Virus record (IMG/VR): IMGVR_UViG_3300014658_000138
Location: 1 to 30,273 of that record
DNA length: 30,273 nt
From: a virus
Lineage: Duplodnaviria > Caudoviricetes
Direction: 5' to 3' (one strand)
In this document: one piece after another, positions 1 through 7,360 of the stretch
How positions within the stretch are numbered: position 1 is the stretch's first letter
Layout of the letters: each line of letters begins with the position of its first letter
Made by a program: the position numbers and the translations under genes
Notes under the pieces: generated by a model
What the model saw: the letters and a program-made list of their open reading frames with translations, nothing else
What the model was told of the DNA's origin: nothing
Databases searched by the model: none

Positions 1-310
1 CGATCGCGTTGAGGAACTGCACCGTTTCCATCGTGTTGAAGTGCACGGTGTTGGACGTGTAAACCTTGTCGGCGTCCTGGTGCTGCGTCGTCGAGTAGTG
101 CACCGTCCCCTTGACACGCGCCGTGACCGGCGGAAGCACAGGACCGTAACCGTCGATCGCGATCGTGTTGAAGCCCATCGCGTTGAACTGCGCGGACGGC
201 GACACGAGGTTCGACCGCAGCCAGAATATGTAGCCGTCCACCGGCAACACGAGGCGCGTGTACCGCGTGAAGACGTATTCCTGCTTGGTCGGTTCTGTCG
301 CGGTGACCAT
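1..310 (-). CDS. Putative neck/head-closure-region virion protein (runs off the window)
   Basis: Not in the ORF track. Read by hand: ATG at 310, 1 nt after the upstream TAA, open to the window edge (MVTATEPTKQEYVFTRYTRLVLPVDGYIFWLRS...VKGTVHYST...). The FTRY.RLVLP.DGY.FW motif is recalled from neck-region proteins of DUF2213-type phages. Confidence 0.65.
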   Translation of the reverse strand, partial: MVTATEPTKQEYVFTRYTRLVLPVDGYIFWLRSNLVSPSAQFNAMGFNTIAIDGYGPVLPPVTARVKGTVHYSTTQHQDADKVYTSNTVHFNTMETVQFLNAI

Positions 311-311
311 T

Positions 312-560
312 TTACGGCTGTCTCGGCTTGCGCGGTCCGCGTGGACCGGGGCGACCAGTCGGTCGTGGCTCTACGCCACGTTGTCGCGCTATATACCAAA
401 CAGTACTTTCCGGAATTCCGAATTGCTTCGCTACCGACGATCTTTTTTCGTATCGTCGCATTCTTTCCGCAATTTCATCTTTTTGTCTTTCTGTGAGCCT
501 GGGCCCCTGATACCTCTTTTGATGAGACGCCACGAACAACCAATCGCGTGCCGTCTCCAT
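312..560 (-). CDS. Small helix-turn-helix DNA-binding protein (82 aa)
   Basis: ATG at 560 overlaps the upstream TGA (TGATG). RLTERQKDEIAE...SSVAKQFGIPESTVWYI fits an HTH; basic GRP/GPR-rich tail. Confidence 0.65.
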   Translation of the reverse strand: METARDWLFVASHQKRYQGPRLTERQKDEIAERMRRYEKRSSVAKQFGIPESTVWYIARQRGVEPRPTGRPGPRGPRKPRQP

Positions 561-1621
561 CAGAAACCTCCGATCGTGTCGAGCCCGGACCACTCTTCCG
601 ACCACAGCTCGTTGCGGTTCGGTCGCAGTCGCGCCCACTGCAGGATTTCGAGCACCAGGTCGGAGTCTGAATACTGCACCGACTGAACGAATTCGAGTTG
701 GATCGCCCCATCGCCCGTCACCATCGAAACCTGACCGAGCGTGTCGATCCAGGTGATCCAGTCTTGCGACGTGCTTCCAACGGTCTCAATCTGCGTATTC
801 GCATCGCCAATGACGGCCACGTTGCCAAGCAGCTCGACCGGCGCGGACCAATTCGCGGACACGGTTGGTTCAGTCAGTTCCAAGGGCAGCGATGCGTCTT
901 TCGGCGACAATGTCAGCGTGATTTCATCTTGCGTCATTCGATCAACGACGACACTGGACAGAGACTCAGATCGAACGGCGCTGTCGGTGACGAAGACCGG
1001 GGATGAAGACTCCGCCGGAACACCAGTCTCCGATCGAACTGAAGGCGTCGTCTCTGCTTGCGAAGTGGCATCGATCGACGGCAGTGCAGCATAAATCTCT
1101 GTTGGCGTCTGTCGATCCGCGGCGACGCCAGATGTTATCTCTATCGGAGCACCGGCGTCGGTCGTAACGGTCGGAGACCCGGAAAGAAGTTCGACTGGAA
1201 GGCGAGTGTCGGACGCGGCAGAAGGAGTGGCTTCAATGCGAGGCGCCGACTCGGCTCGAACGCTTCCGAAAATTTCGAGGCCGACGCCGGAATCAGCGTC
1301 AGAACTGATCGACTCGACGAACTCGACGGAAGGTCGCCAATCCGATCGGACCACATCCTGGTATTCGGTCGGAAGAGTAGTGTCCCTGCGAACGGGTTGA
1401 AAAGCCTCCAGGCTGATCGAGGAATCCGAGCGATCGCTTGTTGCCAGCACTTCGAGCAGCGATTGAGCGTCTTTCGAAACGCTGAATAGTACTTCATCAA
1501 GCGACACGCCATCACGCACGAATTGGCCGGCGTACTCGGTCGGCGCGGCGGAGTCCACGGTCACCGTGAACAGCCCCGCCTGACCAAGAGCTAACTGGCC
1601 GAGTGCGCCGAGACCGAACAT
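560..1621 (-). CDS. Repetitive acidic fibre-like virion protein (353 aa)
   Basis: N-terminus MFGLGALGQLALG, then about 21 repeats of ~14-17 aa with D-x5-E spacing. Lies downstream of the long fibre gene. Confidence 0.7.
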   Translation of the reverse strand: MFGLGALGQLALGQAGLFTVTVDSAAPTEYAGQFVRDGVSLDEVLFSVSKDAQSLLEVLATSDRSDSSISLEAFQPVRRDTTLPTEYQDVVRSDWRPSVEFVESISSDADSGVGLEIFGSVRAESAPRIEATPSAASDTRLPVELLSGSPTVTTDAGAPIEITSGVAADRQTPTEIYAALPSIDATSQAETTPSVRSETGVPAESSSPVFVTDSAVRSESLSSVVVDRMTQDEITLTLSPKDASLPLELTEPTVSANWSAPVELLGNVAVIGDANTQIETVGSTSQDWITWIDTLGQVSMVTGDGAIQLEFVQSVQYSDSDLVLEILQWARLRPNRNELWSEEWSGLDTIGGF

Positions 1622-1624
1622 GCG

Positions 1625-2065
1625 TTATTCTGCGGCCTGCAAAATCTTGAATGCCTCGGACAACTGTTCTTCCTCGTCCTCCAGCTCGACCTCAGGCTTG
1701 TTCCACAGCCCTTCGAGCGCGATGAGCAGTGACGGCATGACCTTGGTCCGGCCGATGTCGAGATCCAGCCGCTTCTTGGGCATGCGCACGGAGAACGTCT
1801 CCTGCAGTCGCTCGACTTCCTGCTTGAGTTCCTCGGCGCGCTCCTCCTCGGGCCGATCGGCCAGCACCTTCATCCGCGCCTCGCGCGCCTTCTGGAACGC
1901 CTCAACGTGTGGGCGCAGCGCGTTGAGCATCTGCCAGACAAGGACGAACTGCTCGGCCGGTAGGTCGTAGGGCACGGGCTTGCCGTTCGCCCCCGTGACG
2001 GGCGACTGCTCCAGCATGGAGAGCGCGTTGAACCATTCGATGGCTTTGAGCCGAGTAATCCTCAA
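1625..2065 (-). CDS. Hypothetical helical protein, possible fibre assembly chaperone
   Basis: TTG start with AGGAGG RBS; charged, helical sequence; position after the fibre gene. Confidence 0.65.
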   Translation of the reverse strand: MRITRLKAIEWFNALSMLEQSPVTGANGKPVPYDLPAEQFVLVWQMLNALRPHVEAFQKAREARMKVLADRPEEERAEELKQEVERLQETFSVRMPKKRLDLDIGRTKVMPSLLIALEGLWNKPEVELEDEEEQLSEAFKILQAAE

Positions 2066-2074
2066 TGTGGCCTC

Positions 2075-2248
2075 CTATTCGATGACTTCTACGCCGGGGA
2101 AATAGCGTAGCGTCATGTCTCTGCCGTTTTCGCCCTTTCTTAAGGGGAAGCGTTTGTAGAAATCGATGCATTGGCAGCACTTGTCCGGCGGCCCGGAATG
2201 CTGTCCGAAATTGCACCATGGATGATGTCGTTCAGGAGTGTGGCTCAA
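2075..2248 (-). CDS. Small Cys/His-rich hypothetical protein (57 aa)
   Basis: TTG start overlaps the fibre TGA (TTGA). Its TAG is embedded in the next gene's RBS (TAGGAGG). Contains HHPWC..H....CCQC. Confidence 0.45.
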   Translation of the reverse strand: MSHTPERHHPWCNFGQHSGPPDKCCQCIDFYKRFPLRKGENGRDMTLRYFPGVEVIE

Positions 2249-5200
2249 TGCGGCCTCCCTTCGAGGGCTTCGACGCGGGCCTCGATGCCGTTGAGCCTGT
2301 CTATTACCTCTTGCGTCGCGCGCCAAAGCCCGGGAAGCATGCCTCCCTGCCGCAAACCCGTCACGCCAGTCTCATCCGTGACGATGATGTCTCGAACGGC
2401 GGCGGGCAGCCGCTCCTTGGCGCCGCCAAATCCGCCGAAGTCGCGCGCGAGAAATCCGATCCTGTGGTCTTGTTCACGCCACTCGTCTGTGTACCAAAAC
2501 GTCACCGGGTCGATGGCCATGACTGCATCGATCATGGACGGCAACTTCTCAATGTCGCGCTTGATGGTCGGTTCGCTCGGCGTCGACACTGAGAATGACG
2601 AGTCCATGATGTGGCCGGTGCCCGTTCCTGCAAAGTTAAAACCGGCACCGCCCGGCGAAGCAACAAACACGCCATAGCCTCCTCCTCCGACGAGGAACTG
2701 GATACTGCAGCCAATTTGATGCGCTGAAGTTAGCGATCCCCCAGAACCAAATAGCGTGAGGTTGCCGGCAGTGACGATGGCTTGTGTTAATTTGCATTGA
2801 TAGTTTGCGGTGCTGGACCCCGGCGTAAATTGCGCGACGGAACATTCCAGCCATTCGCCGATCCCGAGGCCGTTGTCGTAAAAGCTGACCATGCCATTGA
2901 CCGCGAAAGTGTCTCCGGGAGTTCCTGCGTAGGGGTTATAACCCACGGTCGGGACGGTCGGCGTGGTGGTGATCGGCGCGGTCACCGGCCTGCCGGCCCA
3001 GAACGTGAGGGTGCACGCGCCGGGCGTCGTCGGGGCGTTGTTGAGTGTGATGGTGTTGCCGCTCACGCTGACGATGACGGTGCTCGCCGGCAGGACGCCG
3101 GGGCTGCCCGATGACACCACGGGCATGCCGGGCACATAAGCATGATTCGTTGGCGCCGCGCTCAAATTGTAGGTCTTAACCCCGTTCACGAGCGTGACGC
3201 TCTGCGTGAACGTGCATGCCGACCCGGCCCAACCGCCGACTACATGAATGAGTTGGCTGCCTGTTTGCCCATAGACGCTGGACCCGGCCGCAGCGTTAGT
3301 CTTGACGGTGCTAAATGTGCAAGTCTGCGTCGACCCCTGCGGAGTAGGGTCGGTGGTGCCGGCGCTGGTGTTGCCGATGAAGAGCGTCGACTGCAATGCG
3401 TCGCCGATCCACACTCCAGACGAATTGTACGGGACCGTCCTGGCGGTGCTGTCCGAGCTGAAGAACCCGTCCGCGAAAAATGTATCCGCGGTGCCAGCCA
3501 CGCCGGGAGTCGGGAGCGTGCCCGTAGTGCCGGTGCCGTAGCCACCGCCGACCGTCGTCTGCATCAACGTGTTCGGGATGTAGATGCCGCCGCCCTTGTT
3601 GATGTAGGCGAGATTGCTCAGCGTCGTCCCGTTCCAATCCTGGAAGATGAAGTCCCACGGACCGGTGGTGCCAGCGCCGGTGTCGATATTGTTGACGATG
3701 TTGGCCTCTCCGCCACCGCCAGATTGGTTCCAACCGAACGCTAGACCGCTGGGCTGAATCGGGGTTGTCCCCCCCGAGTTGAAACCGCCAGGACCCGATT
3801 CATGCATTCCGGAAACATACAGCCAATTTGTCGGCTGAATGACCAGGTCAGTGGTCGCGACGCAAGTTCCCAACGCGTCGTAACTGGGTGCGCCAGTGTG
3901 GCTGTGTCCCCAGGCAGCGCTGTAGTTCCCGAGCGAAAAGACGACCGTCGAGGTGTTCGCGATAGCGAAGAACGCCCCGCCCGTCGCCCCGGAGGCGCTG
4001 CCGGTCAGCCCCAGACTGGCAACCGGCGTGGCCGCGTCGCCCATCTTATAGACGCCGACGCTATGAAACCTCATCTCGCTAAGGGTGTCGACGTCTATCC
4101 AGCCGCTAACGGTGTTGGCGGCGCTGTACCACGCGATGGAATGACCGTCGCCCGCGCTCCCGGTCGGTATCGAGGCCAGTTGGATGGCCTGATAGTTCGG
4201 CGTCGATCCGAGCGCGACCAGCGCGTTGCAGTTGACTCGGAACGCGTTGTAGAAGGCCCCCCCGTCGTTGGATACCTCCACCCCCGTCGTGAGCGGATTG
4301 ACCGGGTGCCCACCAATGGTGGACGTGCCAGACCCGCTATCGAGGCGAAAAATGGTGTTCATGCCGGCGCTGCTGGCGTTGAATGGATCCGCTTGCACCC
4401 CAGCACCCAAGTTAACCATAGAACACTCGCAACCAAACAGGTTGATTGCGGCGTAGGCTCCGAAAGCTCGCTCGACTAACCAATAAGTCGCCCACGCGCC
4501 GTTGTACGGCGGCGTCCCCGTGTTCGTGGTGGCGTCGTGATAGGCGTAGAGGTCCATGCCGATGATGTCTTGAACCGGCGAGGTCCCACCGACATAGTCC
4601 GACGTGCGCGACGCTGCCCGCAGTGCCGTGTTGCCGAGCGGAGAAACGAACAGCGCGTATGGCCCCCCATAAGCGGTAATCATCGACAGCCAAGACGCCG
4701 TGCTGCCCATGACGACGGGGACGACGCTCGCTCCCTGCGTCGAGAGCACGTTGAGACCGCCGACGCCGGGGTCCGTCCCCGTTCCAATACCAACCGCGCC
4801 GGACGCGAAGATGCTCATCGCCGTCGCAGTGGTCGTCGTGTTGAGCGCGGTCGTCTGAAAGACGAGCTGCGTGCCCTGTGCTGTATCACTCCAGTTTTGC
4901 GCGGCAAGAGCATTAATCAGCACGCGAGCGGCGGATGAGTATCCCGTCGCCCCGTAGCCGAACCCGGTGAATGCGAAGATGTTGTCGCCGCTTTGGACGG
5001 CGCTTGGTGAGCCTATGGTCCCGTCCGCGCGGCGCGACGCCCACGCTGTTCGGCCGCCATAGGTATCCGACAGAATGTTCGTGGACGAACCCGCCGCGCC
5101 AACGATGTGCGCGACGGTGCCGGACGGCGGCGAGGAGCCGGCCGCAGTGTTGGCGTTCACGGTCAGCAGGCTGTCGGGCGTTTGGAATGTTCCGATGCCG

Positions 5201-5772
5201 ACTTTGCCTGCGCCCGTTATTGTCATCAATTGAGCGAATGAGTTTCCGCGAAATACGAAACTACCAGCGTCATAATTGTCCAAATAAAAGTTGTTGTCGC
5301 TGTATTTGAATATTTCAGCTCCGTTAACACCCCCGGAAAGTGAACCGCTGCCATTGAGAAACTGAGGACCGGTACTATTAGTCCACACCAATGCCGATAA
5401 AGGATTAGCTGTTGTTCCTACTGCTGATCCATTCAAACTGGCCGTAGTGCTGCCCAATGTAATAATAGTGTCTTCCGCCGCCAGACACCCGATGACGATC
5501 GCTTGCGCCGACGCATTGATCGCCGCGTTGGAGTTGGTCGACTTCGTCGGAGTGCGCCCGGTGAGCGAAGGTCCGGAGGAATTGTAAGTCGCGGTGCCGA
5601 TCTCGCTGGCGCCGTTATCGTTGATGGCGTAGCGCACGGTAGCGCCGTTGGCAACGCCCGCGAGGGCGAACGTCAACCAACCGGTTTGCGCGCCTGCCAG
5701 CGAGATGGTGCTCGCCGTGCCGGGCGCACCAGATACGGCTTGCCTTACGAGATCTGCAAAGACTATCGCCAT
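2245..5772 (-). CDS. Long fibre/spike protein with C-terminal peptidase S74-type intramolecular chaperone (1175 aa)
   Basis: GGAGGAG RBS; Gly/Ser/Thr-rich with GKVGIGT/GAVGIGT fibre motifs. C-terminus has SEPTIKRDI...IDPVTFWY...IGFLA...LWRATQEVIDRL..IEARVEALE (S74 pattern plus coiled coil). Confidence 0.85.
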   Translation of the reverse strand: MAIVFADLVRQAVSGAPGTASTISLAGAQTGWLTFALAGVANGATVRYAINDNGASEIGTATYNSSGPSLTGRTPTKSTNSNAAINASAQAIVIGCLAAEDTIITLGSTTASLNGSAVGTTANPLSALVWTNSTGPQFLNGSGSLSGGVNGAEIFKYSDNNFYLDNYDAGSFVFRGNSFAQLMTITGAGKVGIGTFQTPDSLLTVNANTAAGSSPPSGTVAHIVGAAGSSTNILSDTYGGRTAWASRRADGTIGSPSAVQSGDNIFAFTGFGYGATGYSSAARVLINALAAQNWSDTAQGTQLVFQTTALNTTTTATAMSIFASGAVGIGTGTDPGVGGLNVLSTQGASVVPVVMGSTASWLSMITAYGGPYALFVSPLGNTALRAASRTSDYVGGTSPVQDIIGMDLYAYHDATTNTGTPPYNGAWATYWLVERAFGAYAAINLFGCECSMVNLGAGVQADPFNASSAGMNTIFRLDSGSGTSTIGGHPVNPLTTGVEVSNDGGAFYNAFRVNCNALVALGSTPNYQAIQLASIPTGSAGDGHSIAWYSAANTVSGWIDVDTLSEMRFHSVGVYKMGDAATPVASLGLTGSASGATGGAFFAIANTSTVVFSLGNYSAAWGHSHTGAPSYDALGTCVATTDLVIQPTNWLYVSGMHESGPGGFNSGGTTPIQPSGLAFGWNQSGGGGEANIVNNIDTGAGTTGPWDFIFQDWNGTTLSNLAYINKGGGIYIPNTLMQTTVGGGYGTGTTGTLPTPGVAGTADTFFADGFFSSDSTARTVPYNSSGVWIGDALQSTLFIGNTSAGTTDPTPQGSTQTCTFSTVKTNAAAGSSVYGQTGSQLIHVVGGWAGSACTFTQSVTLVNGVKTYNLSAAPTNHAYVPGMPVVSSGSPGVLPASTVIVSVSGNTITLNNAPTTPGACTLTFWAGRPVTAPITTTPTVPTVGYNPYAGTPGDTFAVNGMVSFYDNGLGIGEWLECSVAQFTPGSSTANYQCKLTQAIVTAGNLTLFGSGGSLTSAHQIGCSIQFLVGGGGYGVFVASPGGAGFNFAGTGTGHIMDSSFSVSTPSEPTIKRDIEKLPSMIDAVMAIDPVTFWYTDEWREQDHRIGFLARDFGGFGGAKERLPAAVRDIIVTDETGVTGLRQGGMLPGLWRATQEVIDRLNGIEARVEALEGRPH

Positions 5773-5803
5773 CGTTTCTCCTCCTGACTCCGCTCCCCCG
5801 AAG

Positions 5804-6922
5804 TCAGGTCGTCGATCCAGTGCAGCGCAGGTCGGCCGCGCCTTGGTAAACGGTCGTTCCAGCAGCGAGCGTCAAGCGCAGCCACCCCGCCTGCGCGCCG
5901 GAAGCCGCATTGCCGTTGGGCAGCGTACCGGGCGACTGCACCGGAATCGCGCTCGGCTGCACCACGAAACTCAGCGCGCCGCCGCCCTGATTGGTCGGCA
6001 GGGTCTGCCGGTTGGTCGAGGTCGCGTTGTCGTTGAGCGCCGTGGTCAGTGCGAGGTCGAGCGAAGCGCCAACAGGCAGCGACCCGGATTCGGATAGCAC
6101 TTGCATCGCAGCGCCGAGCAATGCGGTCGTAGTGTTGGTATTCGACCAGAAAATCTTCTCGTAGAACACGCGAGTAGAGCCGCCGGGAACGTCAGACTGC
6201 GCACCGGTGAAGACGCGAGTGATGCCGGTGACGGGATTCGGCAGGATGTCGAACAGGAAGCCGTAAGCGATGTCGTAGGTCGAAGTGTTGTCGGGAACGG
6301 TGCCCCAGTCACGATTGACCGCGACGGTGTCCGCGCCATAGGTGCCAGACGCGTACTGCGCCGAGATCATGCGCAGCTGACCGGCGCCAGTACCGCCAGT
6401 GATGCGGATGATGAGGTTGAGGCCGGCGTAAGTCGTCGCTCCGATGGTCGCGCCATCGCCGGACTGCAGCTTGAACAGCGGTGGCGTGGTGCCGGACGTG
6501 TTCGAAGAGCCGGCCTGCGCCGTGTGACCGGCAATGAGGCGAGTGTGTCCCATCGCGGCGACATCGCCGACCGCAGACGTGCCGCCGGGGTTGGTCAAGG
6601 AGCCGATCGCACCGCCGGAGATGACTCCCGCGAGGAGACGCTGGAACGACTGCCCGCCAAAGGTGCTGGTGATGACGGTGGTGCCGGTGAGCGTCACAGC
6701 AGCAGGCGTCTGCACCGTGCCAGTCGAGTCGCGTCCGGATACCTGGATCTTGGTCGCGGTGTCCGACGCGGACGATGATACCACGTCGAGCGCCATTGCG
6801 GACGGAAGATCGTAGAACGCGACGCGGTTGGCGAAGTTGATCGCGCCACCGACAGTCGAGCCGTCGACCTCCGGCATGTCGGCCGATCCGTAAATGATCA
6901 CTTGGTTTGGCGTGACGGACAT
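5804..6922 (-). CDS. Beta-rich hypothetical virion structural protein (372 aa)
   Basis: AGGAG RBS; Gly/Thr/Ser-rich; no signal peptide; precedes the fibre gene. Confidence 0.7.
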   Translation of the reverse strand: MSVTPNQVIIYGSADMPEVDGSTVGGAINFANRVAFYDLPSAMALDVVSSSASDTATKIQVSGRDSTGTVQTPAAVTLTGTTVITSTFGGQSFQRLLAGVISGGAIGSLTNPGGTSAVGDVAAMGHTRLIAGHTAQAGSSNTSGTTPPLFKLQSGDGATIGATTYAGLNLIIRITGGTGAGQLRMISAQYASGTYGADTVAVNRDWGTVPDNTSTYDIAYGFLFDILPNPVTGITRVFTGAQSDVPGGSTRVFYEKIFWSNTNTTTALLGAAMQVLSESGSLPVGASLDLALTTALNDNATSTNRQTLPTNQGGGALSFVVQPSAIPVQSPGTLPNGNAASGAQAGWLRLTLAAGTTVYQGAADLRCTGSTT

Positions 6923-6934
6923 CTTTTGTCTCCT

Positions 6935-7360
6935 CTAGTCGACCCAGGACTTGAACGAAGCTTGATAAAGCCCCGTGTCGATGAACGAAGGGCGCGGACC
7001 GCGGCCCTTCTTCTGTTTCTGTTTGAACCGCTTGCTGGTGCCAGCGAGCGAGGCTTGCGTCGGGACGCCCGGTACTCCTAGGCTGTCCATCTCCTTGCTA
7101 CTGAGAAACTTCTTGAATCTATTGTCTATCGCGCTGGTCGCAGCGGCGAACGGATCGGACGGAGGCGGTCCACCTAGTAGCACATTCTCGAGCGCGCCTT
7201 CGAGCGAATTTTCCAGGTCGTTAGCGATGTCTTGCTCGTGCTTCTTCACGAAGTGGCCCATCACTTCGTACTTCGCCTCGAGAATCTCGGCGACATCTCC
7301 AGTCGACTCGCGGCCGGTCTGGTAGGGCTGATCGATGACGCCTAAGTGGAGGACGGGCAT
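6935..7360 (-). CDS. Putative neck/tail-completion protein
   Basis: LHLGVIDQPY N-terminus and PRPSFIDTGLYQASF C-terminus are typical of phage neck morphogenesis proteins; TGATG coupling. Confidence 0.75.
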   Translation of the reverse strand: MPVLHLGVIDQPYQTGRESTGDVAEILEAKYEVMGHFVKKHEQDIANDLENSLEGALENVLLGGPPPSDPFAAATSAIDNRFKKFLSSKEMDSLGVPGVPTQASLAGTSKRFKQKQKKGRGPRPSFIDTGLYQASFKSWVD

